Of a stretch of DNA of 64,000 nucleotides, positions 8,116-17,930 are shown one piece after another. The DNA is taken from assembly GCA_965206705.1 (NCBI GenBank), contig CBDBKJ010000003.1, positions 19,403 to 83,402 of the forward strand, given 5' to 3'. The first letter of the stretch is position 1; each line of letters begins with the position of its first letter. Under the pieces are notes generated by a model, which was not told the DNA's origin, ran no database searches, and saw nothing but the letters and a program-made list of their open reading frames with translations. The translations under genes were made by a program, and so were the position numbers. Source of the DNA: Vicinamibacterales bacterium (GTDB taxonomy: Bacteria > Acidobacteriota > Vicinamibacteria > Vicinamibacterales > UBA8438).

Positions 8116-10378
8116 TCCAATCCAGAGATGAGCCTGAAGCGGCGGCACGTGAGCCGAGGTGACGGGCGACCGAATCAGCGGATCGAAACAGGGATCCTGG
8201 CGCGGGCTACGGAGAGCCGGCGCACGCTGACCGACATTATCTGTCATGGCGGCGACGAGGGTTGTGGCGCGAGCTTCGGTCATGGTCGGGTGCGCGCTTC
8301 GAGGATTGCTGCAAAGCACGGAGTCTTCTCTTTGGGCTCTTGATGAAAAGGGAAGAGGATGGCTGTGGACGCTGTGCGAAACCGCGTTCTTGGCGGTTTT
8401 GCAAGCTGCCTGTGGGCGCGTTCTTTGCGTCCATGGGAGCGGCGGCGTCCATGGCCCCCGGCGCTGGCCCAGGCCACGGTGAGTTCGGGGTGGTGCAGGG
8501 GGCGGAGTCAGCCGAGGGGTGATGCCCCCCCGGTTGTGCCTATCGGGCCCTGGTGACCGCCCCGTCCCTGTTTTGTGTCGCGGTCCAGGTCCTGCGCCGT
8601 CGGGAGATCGCGCCGCGCGTTCCGACGGCACGGTCAGTGGCCCCTCTTCGCCCGGCCGGGACGACGCACATCGAGGTCAACCCTCTGACCGCCCGCGGTA
8701 CCTGGTGTCCCCGGCCGGCGCGGCGTCGGCGGCGTCGGCGGCGGTTCCGGTCAGGCGCCCGCCTGGTCGAGTACCGCTGGCCGCCCTTCCTGGGCACCCC
8801 GTAGTAGTGGACGGCCGGGACGTGCTGTCCAGACCGGGCCACCAAGCCCATCACTCCCATTTGGAGCGGCGGGAGGGCTGATGTCACCCGCACGGCCGGA
8901 GCGCGGCGGAAGGACGCGGGCAGCGCGTTGACACCCCGGCCCACCCGGGCGGCCTCCGCCCGACCCTCCGCCCGCCGCGGCGGCGACCCGGTGGCCAAGC
9001 TCCAGCGACACCGGGCTGCGGGTCAACGCCGCCCGTCGCGTGGTGTTTCAGGCGGCGGGGTCGATGGCGGCAAACAGGCGGTCGCGGGCTTGGTTGAGGG
9101 CGCGTGCCGCCTCGTTGTCGCTCAGGGCGGCGGCGATGGCGTCGAGCTCGTCGAAGGCGGTCCCCGGCTTGAGGCAGGCGGCGGCGTTGGGCAACGACTT
9201 GAGCTTCTCGTAGGGGGTCATGACGTTGGCGTAAGGGTAGCGTTTTCGGACGCGGCCCTTGGCGTCGACCTCTTCGACGGGAAAGAGACAGGGGCGGTGG
9301 AAGTTGAGGTAGGGGGAGAGGCTCTGCTGGGTGAAGGCGTTGACGCGTTCAGCGTACCGGCTGGGGATGTGGCCGTATCCGAGGTGCTTGCGGATGACCG
9401 AGCCGTTCTTGCTCTCGACGAGGGCGTTGTCGTTGCTGCGGCGGGGGCGGGACTTGGTGAACTCGTCGATGTGGAGGGCTTGCAGCAAGGCGGCGATTTT
9501 GCGGTTGATGAACTCCGAACCGTTGTCGGTGTGGAATCCGCGGACGTTGAAGGGGAACGCCCGGAGCAGGGCTTCGAGGACGGGGGCGAGACAGGACGTG
9601 TCGATGCGCTCGACCGAGCCGACGAACTGGAACTGGGTGACCTCGTCGACGAGGTTGAGGTGATAAAGGCCCTTGATGCCGTCGAGGTCTCCTTGGTGGA
9701 CCGAATCGACCCGCAGGTAGCCGGGTTGCCCGAAGGGCTGGGGCCGGCGCCGCTCGCCGATGGCGATGTGCACGGGGCGGGTCGGCGCGGGCATCGTCCC
9801 GCGGCGGCGTTGATAGGTGGTCGAGTGGCGCAGGTTGTAGAGGTGTCCGTTGGAGATGGCGGCAAGGCGCTCGAAGCGGCGGTCGCCGAACAGGTGCAAG
9901 GCCCGGACGCAGAGCTTGCGGGTGGCCGGACCGGAGAGGGTGCCGTGGAGGGCATCGACTTCGGCAAGCAGCCCGATGTCGGCCTTGGTGTAGCGGCGTG
10001 GGAAGGGGCGCCGGGGGCGGCGGCGGTCGGTGATGGCGCCTGTGGTCCGGTGCCGGTGCAGCAGGCGGGTGACCTGCGCTCGTGAGAAGCCGGTCACCTT
10101 GACCAGGAAGCGGCGGATCAGGCCTTTGTCGGCCTTCCCTTGGCGGGGGTAGTCGAACCGTTGCAGGGTCTCGGCCACGAACGCGTAGGCCTCGGCCCGG
10201 GTCTGCGGCTGCAGGTCGAGCGGTCGGCTGCCGGCAAGGAACTCCCGAACCTGGTCCAGGGTCTGCAGGCGCTGGGTGTCGAGCTTCACGATCATCCTCC
10301 GATGATCCGGGACCCAGCTCCCTTCAGGCTCATCTCACGTTGGAATCAATCCTCCCTTCAGGCTCACTTCTCATTGGA
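8116..10378 (-). mobile_element. rve-transposase element (~2.26 kb) with multi-copy subterminal repeats
   Basis: Right end has two direct ~27-bp repeats, CTCCCTTCAGGCTCATCTCACGTTGGA (10318-10344) and CTCCCTTCAGGCTCACTTCTCATTGGA (10352-10378). The inverted match TCCAATCCAGAGATGAGCCTGAAGCGG lies at 8116-8142. No clear TSD seen. Confidence 0.65.
9048..10295 (-). CDS. integrase-core (rve) DDE transposase, 415 aa, IS family uncertain
   Basis: N-terminal HTH-like region followed by rve motifs LRVDSVHQGD, HTDNGSEF, NALVESKNG. Confidence 0.85.
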   Translation of the reverse strand: MIVKLDTQRLQTLDQVREFLAGSRPLDLQPQTRAEAYAFVAETLQRFDYPRQGKADKGLIRRFLVKVTGFSRAQVTRLLHRHRTTGAITDRRRPRRPFPRRYTKADIGLLAEVDALHGTLSGPATRKLCVRALHLFGDRRFERLAAISNGHLYNLRHSTTYQRRRGTMPAPTRPVHIAIGERRRPQPFGQPGYLRVDSVHQGDLDGIKGLYHLNLVDEVTQFQFVGSVERIDTSCLAPVLEALLRAFPFNVRGFHTDNGSEFINRKIAALLQALHIDEFTKSRPRRSNDNALVESKNGSVIRKHLGYGHIPSRYAERVNAFTQQSLSPYLNFHRPCLFPVEEVDAKGRVRKRYPYANVMTPYEKLKSLPNAAACLKPGTAFDELDAIAAALSDNEAARALNQARDRLFAAIDPAA

Positions 10379-10610
10379 CAAGGCTGCCGGCGCGGCCGGG
10401 GAGTCCTCCCGCGAGTCGCTCGGGGCGCTCGGCCGCCCTGCCGCTCGGCGCGACGGCGGACGGCATCGGCTCGTCGAGGCGGCAGCCGCCCGGCTGCACG
10501 GGGGGCGCACGGGGCGCCGCACGCCGTGACACGGGATCGCCCCCCGAGTACAGTTTGTCGGTGCAACGAAGGAGCTCGGTGCCGGCGCGCGGGCGGGGGG
10601 ACGGGTCGCG

Positions 10611-11663
10611 ATGACGAGACCCGGCTCGAACGGGTCGGCGAGCGGTGACGCGGCGTTCCAGGCGGACATGTTGCAGGGGGTCGCCCGCAGCTTCGCCCTC
10701 ACGATTGGACAGCTTCCGCGTCCACTGCGCGACGCGGGCGGCAACCTCTATCTCCTGTGCCGCATCGCGGACACCATCGAGGACGAGCCGGCGCTGTCGC
10801 CCGCGCAGAAGGAGCGGTTCTCGGAACGCTGGGTAGAGGTCGTCGAGGGGCGCGCCGCCGCCGACCCGTTCGCGCTGGAGCTGGGCGCGTGCCTTTCGCC
10901 GTCGACGACGGGCGCCGAGCGCAGCCTGGTCGCCGCCGCCGCCCGGGTCGCCGGCGTCACCCACGGCCTGCCGGCTGCTCAGCGGCGCGCCCTCGAACGC
11001 TGCGTGCGGATCATGACCCGCGGCATGGTGGAGTTCCAGCACCGGGCGACCCCCCGCGGCCTCGAGGACGTGCCGCACCTGAATCGGTACTGCTACCACG
11101 TCGCCGGCGTCGTCGGCGAGACGCTCACCGAGCTGTTCTGCGACCACTCGGCCGAGATCGGCCGGCGCCGCGAGGAACTGCTGGCGCTGTCGGTGTCCTT
11201 CGGCCAGGGGTTGCAGATGATCAACGTGCTCAAGGACGTGTGGGAGGACCAGCGCCGTGGGGCATGCTGGCTGCCGCGGGACGTCTTCCGCGCCGCCGGG
11301 GTCGACGACCTGCGCACCCTCTCCGCCGGACAGGCCGACCCCGGCTTCGTCGCCGGTCTGACGGAGCTGGTCGCGATCGCCCGCCATCACCTCGAGAACG
11401 CGTTGCGCTACATCCTGATCGTGCCGGCCCGCGAGACCGCAATCCGCCGCTCGTGCCTGTGGCCGCTGGGGCTCGCGGTGCTCACGCTGCGGCGCATCCA
11501 CGCGACGCCGGGGTTCACGCACGGGCGGCAGGTCAAGGTGCGGCGGAGCAGCGTGTGGGCGGTGGCCGGGGTCACGGGCGCGCTGGCGCGCTCGAACGCG
11601 GCCCTGAAGCTCCTCTTCCGCGGGCTGACCCGGGGTCTTCCCCGCACCGCGGCATCCCCATGA
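10611..11663 (+). CDS. squalene synthase-like (farnesyl-diphosphate farnesyltransferase family), paralog 1
   Basis: ARSFALTI and YLLCRIADTIEDE (DTxED aspartate-rich motif), later YCYHVAGVVG and GLQMINVLKDV. Resembles eukaryote/bacterial SQS rather than HpnC/HpnD. Confidence 0.8.
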   Translation: MTRPGSNGSASGDAAFQADMLQGVARSFALTIGQLPRPLRDAGGNLYLLCRIADTIEDEPALSPAQKERFSERWVEVVEGRAAADPFALELGACLSPSTTGAERSLVAAAARVAGVTHGLPAAQRRALERCVRIMTRGMVEFQHRATPRGLEDVPHLNRYCYHVAGVVGETLTELFCDHSAEIGRRREELLALSVSFGQGLQMINVLKDVWEDQRRGACWLPRDVFRAAGVDDLRTLSAGQADPGFVAGLTELVAIARHHLENALRYILIVPARETAIRRSCLWPLGLAVLTLRRIHATPGFTHGRQVKVRRSSVWAVAGVTGALARSNAALKLLFRGLTRGLPRTAASP

Positions 11664-12709
11664 CGACAGCCTCATCGCGACCGGCGGCCGAGGACCTCGA
11701 GTTCCAGGCGGAGATGCTGCAGCGCGTGTCGCGGACGTTCGCCCTCACGATTCCCCAGCTTCCGGACCCCTTGCGCGGGGTGGCGGGCAACGCCTATCTG
11801 CTGTGCCGCATCGCGGATACCGTCGAAGACGAGCCGGGGCTGTCGCTGCCCCAGAAGCAGGCGTTCTCGGCCCGCTTCGTCGACGTGGTGGCGGGCCGTG
11901 AGGACGCGGCGGCGTTCGCACGGGATCTGGGGGCGTCGTTGTCGCCGTCGACGACCGACGCGGAGCGCGAGCTTGTCGCCGCCACCGCCCGGGTCGTCCG
12001 CATCACCCGCGGATTCCGCGACCGCCAGCGGCGCGCGGTCGAGCGCTGCATGCGCATCATGACGCGCGGCATGGTCGAGTTCCAGGAGCAGGCGACCCCA
12101 GGCGGGCTGCGGGACCTTCCGCAGCTCGACCGCTACTGCTACTGCGTCGCCGGGGTGGTCGGCGAGATGATGGCCGAGCTGTTCTGCGACTATTCCGCCG
12201 AGCTCGACCGGCGATACGAGGAGCTGTTCGCGCGGTCGGTCTCCTATGGTCAGGGCCTGCAGATGACCAACATTCTCAAGGACATCTGGGGCGACCTGCG
12301 CCGCGGGGCCTGCTGGCTCCCGCGGAGCGTCTTCGATGCCGCCGGCTTCGACCTGCACGCCCTGTCGGCGGGACAGGCCCACCCCGGCTTCGCCCGGGGC
12401 CTGACGGAGCTCGCGGCGGTCACGCGCCACCATCTCGCGGAGGGGCTGCGGTTCATCCTGTTGATTCCCGCCCGCGAGACCGGTATCCGCCGGTATCTGC
12501 TGTGGACGCTGGGGCTCTCCGTGCTGACGTTGCGACGCCTCCACGCCACGTCGGCGTTCCGCGGCGGTCAGGAGGTGACGCTCTCGCGGTCGGGCATACG
12601 CGCCGTCATCCTCCTGACCAGCGCCCTCGCCCCGTGGGACACCGCCCTGAAGCTTCTCTTCGAGGCGGCGACCCGCGGTCTGCCTCGCGCCGCGCCGCCG
12701 CGGTCGTGA
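11660..12709 (+). CDS. squalene synthase-like, paralog 2
   Basis: ATG at 11660 overlaps the stop of paralog 1 (ATGA). Carries SRTFALTI, YLLCRIADTVEDE, YCYCVAGVVG. Roughly 60% identical to paralog 1 by eye. Confidence 0.8.
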   Translation: MTTASSRPAAEDLEFQAEMLQRVSRTFALTIPQLPDPLRGVAGNAYLLCRIADTVEDEPGLSLPQKQAFSARFVDVVAGREDAAAFARDLGASLSPSTTDAERELVAATARVVRITRGFRDRQRRAVERCMRIMTRGMVEFQEQATPGGLRDLPQLDRYCYCVAGVVGEMMAELFCDYSAELDRRYEELFARSVSYGQGLQMTNILKDIWGDLRRGACWLPRSVFDAAGFDLHALSAGQAHPGFARGLTELAAVTRHHLAEGLRFILLIPARETGIRRYLLWTLGLSVLTLRRLHATSAFRGGQEVTLSRSGIRAVILLTSALAPWDTALKLLFEAATRGLPRAAPPRS

Positions 12710-12723
12710 GCCCCGCCGGGATT

Positions 12724-12753
12724 CTCGCCGGCACCGGATCCGTGACCGGCGAG
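12724..12753. terminator. GC-rich hairpin between convergent genes (candidate bidirectional terminator, no U-tract)
   Basis: CTCGCCGG-CAC-CGGATCC-GTGA-CCGGCGAG with a perfect 8-bp outer stem. Lies between the stops at 12709 (+) and 12772 (-). Confidence 0.35.
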
Positions 12754-12771
12754 CGAGGCAGGGGTGACCGC

Positions 12772-14178
12772 CTACTCCTCGACAATCTTGTAGAGATGGC
12801 GGTAGCCGCGCAGATACAGCTCGTCGTCGACGAGCGCCGGCGAGGCGTCGAATCCGTCGTCGAGGGTGTTGGTGGCGAGCACCTCGTACCGGGAGCCGTG
12901 CCGGATGACGAGGGTCTCGCCGTCGCGGCCGGCGATGTAGACCCGCCCCGCGGCGCCGACGGGAGAGGCGAAGATGTTGGGTACTCCCCGCAGACGCTGC
13001 AGCGCATAGTGCGGCTCGCCGGTCGCGGGGTCGAACACCGACAGGATGCCGTCGTTGCTCTTGATCACGTAGAGCGCATCGTCGTAGAGCAGGGGCGACG
13101 GTACATAGGGGGTGTCGCGGTCGAGCTGCCAGACGAGGGCGCCGGTGTCGGCGATGTCGCCCCGCGCGTCGGCGAGACGGATGGCCTGCAGGTTGTTGCC
13201 GCGATAGCCGCTCGTGACGTAGACGATGCCATCGGCGTGCACCGGCGAGGGGATGGCGTTCATGGTGGTGCCGCGGCTGCGCCAGACCGTCTCGCCCGTC
13301 TCGAGGTCGTAGCTGTAGACTTGGTCCATGGCCGGCGTGATGACCTGCGCCCGCCCTTCGTGCTCGACGATGAGGGGCGTGGCCCAGGTGTCGATCTCGT
13401 CCCGGTTCGCCCGCCACCGCTCTGCCCCCGTGCGGGCGTCGAGCGCGGCGACGAACGACTGGCCGCCGATGTGATCCCAGGTGACCACCAGGGTGTCGCC
13501 GTGCAGCGCCGGCGTCGTGCCCTCGCCGAACGCGTTGCGCATGAACCGGGTGCCGAGATCGACCTCCCACTGCAGTTCGCCGTCCAAATCGTAGGCATAC
13601 AGCCCCCACGACCCGAAGAACGCGTAGAGCCGCTCGCCGTCGGTGACCGCCGACCCCGATGCGTAGGTGCCGTTCGGCAGTTGGTGCCCCTCGTGCGGCA
13701 GCGCCTCGCGGGCGACCCGCTGCCACGCGACGGCGCCGGTCTCGCGGTCGAACGCCAGAACCCGGAACTGGTGCATCCGGATCTCCTGGCCGCCCCGGCG
13801 GCCGCCCCGGCCGCCCCGACCGCCTCTGCCGCCCCGACCGTCTCGGCCTGCGCGCGATCCCGGCTGCGGCTGCCGCGGTGCGGCCTCGGGCGCCGCCACC
13901 GGCACCGGGTCGCCGACCGGTACGGCGGTCAGCAGGAACACCTTCTCGCCCCAGACGATCGGCGACGCCGACCCGCGGCCGGGGACCTCTACCTTCCAGG
14001 CGACGTTCTCGGTCTCGCTCCACGTGAGCGGGGGGGCGGCGTGCCGGCCGACCCCGGTCGCCTCCGGTCCGCGCCACTGGCCCCAGTACCGTTCGGCGTC
14101 CGCGGGTTGCGCACCTGCCGGCAGGGCCCATCCGAGCAGCAGCGACAGCGTTGCCGCCGCACTGACATATCGTTGCAT
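12772..14178 (-). CDS. secreted PQQ-like/BamB-like beta-propeller repeat protein
   Basis: Signal peptide MQRYVSAAATLSLLLGWALPAGAQ. Repeated W/G-rich propeller blades (PIVWGEKVFL, AFDRETGAVAW, ALDARTGAERW, YSYDLETGETVW). Internal RGG-rich insert. Confidence 0.75.
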   Translation of the reverse strand: MQRYVSAAATLSLLLGWALPAGAQPADAERYWGQWRGPEATGVGRHAAPPLTWSETENVAWKVEVPGRGSASPIVWGEKVFLLTAVPVGDPVPVAAPEAAPRQPQPGSRAGRDGRGGRGGRGGRGGRRGGQEIRMHQFRVLAFDRETGAVAWQRVAREALPHEGHQLPNGTYASGSAVTDGERLYAFFGSWGLYAYDLDGELQWEVDLGTRFMRNAFGEGTTPALHGDTLVVTWDHIGGQSFVAALDARTGAERWRANRDEIDTWATPLIVEHEGRAQVITPAMDQVYSYDLETGETVWRSRGTTMNAIPSPVHADGIVYVTSGYRGNNLQAIRLADARGDIADTGALVWQLDRDTPYVPSPLLYDDALYVIKSNDGILSVFDPATGEPHYALQRLRGVPNIFASPVGAAGRVYIAGRDGETLVIRHGSRYEVLATNTLDDGFDASPALVDDELYLRGYRHLYKIVEE

Positions 14179-14348
14179 GGCGCGTCATCTCCTGAAGACC
14201 GGGTTCTGCAGGTGCCCGCGGTCTTCCGCTACGTTGCCGCTCCGGTCACGGCTCACCGGTCTCTAGACGATCATGACGCCTGCGGGCCGGATTCGTTGCC
14301 TGTCGCCTTTACGCCCGGCGGGGACACCACTACCATACCCCGCGAACC

Positions 14349-14882
14349 ATGACCCCGAAGATACCTGATCTGCGCTATCCCATCGGGCAGTTTTCGCCCT
14401 CGGGCTCGGTCACGCGGGACCGGGTCGACGCCTGGACGGACGACATCGCGGCGCTGCCGGCCGACCTGCGGCGAACCGCCGCGCGGCTGACCGACAGCCG
14501 GCTCGACACCCCGTATCGCCCGGGCGGCTGGACCGTCCGGCAGGTCGTTCACCATCTGCCGGACAGCCACATGAACAGCCTCGTCCGCTTCAAGTGGGCG
14601 ACCGAAGACCGCCCGGTCATCAAGCCCTATGACGAGAAAGGCTGGGCCGCGCTGCCGGACGTTCGGGCCCCCATCGCCGCCTCGCTCGATCTCCTCGACG
14701 CGCTCCACCGCCGCTGGGTGGACCTGCTGCGCGGCCTGAGCTGGCCGCAACTGCAGCGCGAGTTCGTGCACCCGGAGTCGGGCGCCGCCACCCTGGCCGT
14801 CACCGTGGGCGCCTATGCCTGGCACGGCCGGCATCATCTCGCGCACATCGAGCGGCTGATCGTACGCGAGGGCTGGAGCTGA
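14349..14882 (+). CDS. DinB/YfiT-family metal-dependent hydrolase (thiol transferase-like)
   Basis: YPIGQF...RPGGWTVRQVVHHLPDSHMNS...AWHGRHHLAHI, the His-triad pattern of YfiT/DinB_2. Confidence 0.75.
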   Translation: MTPKIPDLRYPIGQFSPSGSVTRDRVDAWTDDIAALPADLRRTAARLTDSRLDTPYRPGGWTVRQVVHHLPDSHMNSLVRFKWATEDRPVIKPYDEKGWAALPDVRAPIAASLDLLDALHRRWVDLLRGLSWPQLQREFVHPESGAATLAVTVGAYAWHGRHHLAHIERLIVREGWS

Positions 14883-14890
14883 GCGCCCCG

Positions 14891-15898
14891 ATGCCGGACC
14901 AGCCGCTCGCGAACCAGGTGGCCGTGGTCGCGGGGGCCACGCGCGGGGCCGGGCGCGGAATCGCCCGCATGCTGGGGGCGGCGGGCGCCACCGTCTACTG
15001 CACCGGACGCAGCGTGCGCGGGCGCCCCGCCACCGCCGGCCGCCCCGAGACGATCGAGGAGACCGCGGAGCTGGTGACCACGGAGGGGGGCCGCGGCCTC
15101 GCCGTGCGGACGGACCACACCGTCGAATCGGAGGTCGAGCGGCTCTTCGCCCGCGTCCGCGCCGAGCGGGGCCGGCTCGACGTACTGGTCAACGACGTCT
15201 GGGGCGGCGATACGCTGACCGAGTGGGGAACGCCCTTCTGGGAGCTGTCCACGGCCCGGGGACTGGAGCTGCTCGAACGCGCGGTTCACAGCCACATCAT
15301 GACGAGCCGCCACGGCGTCCCCCTGATGGTCGAACGCAACGCCGGGCTCGTCGTCGAGGTCACCGACGGCGACACCTTCGGGTATCGCGGCAACTTCTTC
15401 TACGACGTCGCGAAGAACGCCGTCATCCGGCTCGGTTATGCGATGGCGGCCGACCTGCACGCGCACCGGGTGACCGCCCTGGCGATCACGCCGGGGTTTC
15501 TGCGGTCCGAGGCGGTGCTCGAGTCCTTTGGGGTCGCCGAAGCGAACTGGCGGGACGCCGTCGAGAAGGACCCGTACTTCGCCGAATCGGAGACACCGTG
15601 CTACGTCGGGCGGGCGGTGGCGGCGCTGGCCGCCGACCCGAACGTCGAGGTCAAGAGCGGCGGGCTGTTCTCGAGCTGGGCGCTGGCGAAGGAGTACGGC
15701 TTCACCGACGTGGACGGCGGCCGGCCGGATTGGGGCACTTTCTTCCCGCGCAGGGTGCGGGAAACCATCGAGCGGGACACGCCGCCGAACGAGATGGACT
15801 TGTTCGTGGTCCGCAACCGGTTGTACCAGGTGGATGGCGACCCCTCGGCGGCCGACGAAGCCGCGCGCCTGCGAGCCTATCTCGATCGCCATCGCTGA
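14891..15898 (+). CDS. SDR-family oxidoreductase
   Basis: N-terminal Rossmann motif VVAGATRGAGRGIA, then LVNDVWGG. 335 aa. Confidence 0.75.
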   Translation: MPDQPLANQVAVVAGATRGAGRGIARMLGAAGATVYCTGRSVRGRPATAGRPETIEETAELVTTEGGRGLAVRTDHTVESEVERLFARVRAERGRLDVLVNDVWGGDTLTEWGTPFWELSTARGLELLERAVHSHIMTSRHGVPLMVERNAGLVVEVTDGDTFGYRGNFFYDVAKNAVIRLGYAMAADLHAHRVTALAITPGFLRSEAVLESFGVAEANWRDAVEKDPYFAESETPCYVGRAVAALAADPNVEVKSGGLFSSWALAKEYGFTDVDGGRPDWGTFFPRRVRETIERDTPPNEMDLFVVRNRLYQVDGDPSAADEAARLRAYLDRHR

Positions 15899-16021
15899 CC
15901 CGCGATCGCGTCACCCACCGAGAACCCCCTGCCGGAGCCGGGAAGCCGGCCGCCGTTCGCGAGGCCACCGCCGGTGACGCTGGCGTCGACGTGTCCACCC
16001 GCACGCGCAGGCGGCCGGCGG

Positions 16022-17734
16022 TCAGTAGGCCACCGCCCACCCTTCGCGGCGGCGGTCGGCGCCGGCGTGGCGACGGCCCGCGATCTGGTCGATCAGTACC
16101 GCCTGGGCGCCGCCGAACTCGGCCGTCCATCCGCTGCGCGCGTGCACGGTGTAGCCGCGGGCGGTCAGGGCGTCGCGGACGTCTTGCGGGACCCGGTCCT
16201 CGATGGCGAGCGAGCCGTCCCCCCGCCGCCGCAGCCGCGGCGCGTCGATCGCCTCCTGCGGGTTCATGCCGAAGAGCTGCATGTTGTTGATGACCTGCAC
16301 GAGCGTATGCGTCTGTCCGTCGCCGCCGGGGGTGCCGACGGCGACCCACGGCAGGTCGTTGCTGAGGATGATGACCGGACAGAGCGTGTGGAGGGGACGC
16401 CGCCGCGGCGCGAATGCGTTGGGATGGTCCTCGTCGAACCGGAAGAGCGACCCGCGGTTGTGCAGCACGATCCCGGTGTCGGGCACCACGAGCCCCGAGC
16501 CGAAGGTGGCGAAGAGGCTCTGTATCAGCGAGACGACGTTGCCGTACTGGTCCACCGCGATCACGTAGACCGTGTTCGGATGATCTTCGCCACGCTCGAC
16601 ATGGACCGCCGGCGCCGGGCCGGCCGGGTCGATGGCCGACGCGAGCTGGCGAATGCGGTCGGGGTCGAGCAGATCGTCGACGGAGACCCGCATGGCGGCG
16701 GGGTCGGCCACCTCGCGGTCCCGGTCGGCGAACGCCAGCCGGATCGCCTCGGACACGGTGTGCAGATAGTCCGCCGAGTTGTGGCCGAGGGCGGCGAGGT
16801 CGGCATCGACCTGCTGCAGCAGCGCCAGCTCTTCGAGCAGCGTCACCCCCTGCGTGTTCGGGGGGAACGCCTGCACCTCGAGGTTCTGGTAGCGCGTGAC
16901 GATGGGCTGGGTCCACTCCGGCAGATAGTCGGCGAGGTCGTTGGGCATGACGAGCCCGCCGCGCTCCTGCAGGAAGCCCACGATGCGGCGGCTGAGGGCC
17001 CCGGTGTAGAACTCCTCCCAGCCTGCTTCCTGCAGCGTCCGGAGGGTGGCGGCGAGGTCGGGGCGCGGTAGGATGCCGCCGGCCGGCGGGGGGGCGCCGC
17101 CGGGCAGGAAGATGCGCGCCGCTTCCGGGTCCCGCCGCAGCTTGTCGGCGGCGCCGGCGATGTCCTCGGCGAGCCGCTCGGAAACCGGCAACCCCGCCGT
17201 GGCGAGGTCGACGGCCGGCTGCAGGGCCTGCGCGAAGCCGATCGTCCCGAAGCGGCGCAGGCCCTCTGCCCAGGCCCCGACGGTGCCGGGGACCGAGACG
17301 CTGAGGGGGCCGGCGCCCGGCATCCGCTCGAGGCCCTCGGCCTTCAGCTCCTCCAGCGTCCTGGCGCTGCCCGAGCGTCCCGAGCCGTTCAGGGCGTAGG
17401 TCAGCTTCGTGCCCGAGTCCCAGTACAGCAGGAACATGTCGCCGCCCACCCCGTTCATGTGGGGCCGCGCGACGGCGAGCACGGCCGCCGCGGTGATCGC
17501 GGCATCCATGGCGAGCCCGCCGGCCTGCAGCACCTGCAGGCCGGCTTCGGCCGCGAGGGGATGGCCGGCGGTGACCGCGGCCTCGGTGCCCAGGGCGTCG
17601 CGTCCCGGTTCCGCGTTACGTGAGAGCGGGGAGGAGCAGGTTGCCGCGGTCAGGACGACGCCGGCGACGATGCCGCTCAGGATCGCGGCGGCGGGCGGTC
17701 GCGGGAGTCGACGATGGCTGCGGTGTGCGGGCAT
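16022..17734 (-). CDS. ggt: gamma-glutamyltransferase
   Basis: ATG at 17734 inside track ORF 16022..18115, then a TM/signal segment. GGT blocks AVTAGHPLAAEAG, GGDMFLL, NTVYVIAVDQYGNVVS, TLCPVI. Confidence 0.85.
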   Translation of the reverse strand: MPAHRSHRRLPRPPAAAILSGIVAGVVLTAATCSSPLSRNAEPGRDALGTEAAVTAGHPLAAEAGLQVLQAGGLAMDAAITAAAVLAVARPHMNGVGGDMFLLYWDSGTKLTYALNGSGRSGSARTLEELKAEGLERMPGAGPLSVSVPGTVGAWAEGLRRFGTIGFAQALQPAVDLATAGLPVSERLAEDIAGAADKLRRDPEAARIFLPGGAPPPAGGILPRPDLAATLRTLQEAGWEEFYTGALSRRIVGFLQERGGLVMPNDLADYLPEWTQPIVTRYQNLEVQAFPPNTQGVTLLEELALLQQVDADLAALGHNSADYLHTVSEAIRLAFADRDREVADPAAMRVSVDDLLDPDRIRQLASAIDPAGPAPAVHVERGEDHPNTVYVIAVDQYGNVVSLIQSLFATFGSGLVVPDTGIVLHNRGSLFRFDEDHPNAFAPRRRPLHTLCPVIILSNDLPWVAVGTPGGDGQTHTLVQVINNMQLFGMNPQEAIDAPRLRRRGDGSLAIEDRVPQDVRDALTARGYTVHARSGWTAEFGGAQAVLIDQIAGRRHAGADRRREGWAVAY

Positions 17735-17930
17735 GGCTTCCCTCCCAATCGGTCCGGTCTCATCGATTCTACGCCTGTCTGCGCCGGCGCGGCGCGTGGT
17801 GCGGATGTTCCCGTCGTCGGGCGCCGATCGAGGCGCCGGTCGACGCCGGAGAGCGGAGGCGGGCGGCGCGGGTGCGGGTCCGCCGCGCCGGCCGGGACGT
17901 CCGGCCGCCGTGCGGGGCGTCTCTGATAGG

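Noticed and set aside
8143-9047. Track ORFs inside the rve element (8519..8881+, 8540..8998-, 8035..8631- and others) as passenger genes
   Set aside because: None shows the strong third-position GC bias or any recognisable motif. The translations are Arg/Pro-rich. The segment is treated as ORF-free or decayed and reported as a finding instead.
11672-14188. Very long ORFs such as 11672..14188(-), 45044..47320(-), 45274..47811(+), 55239..57905(-), 59930..62479(-), 38205..39887(-)
   Set aside because: They are antisense or off-frame shadows of clearly identifiable genes, which is typical of ~70% GC DNA where stop codons are rare. Their translations are Arg/Pro/Gly-rich without motifs.
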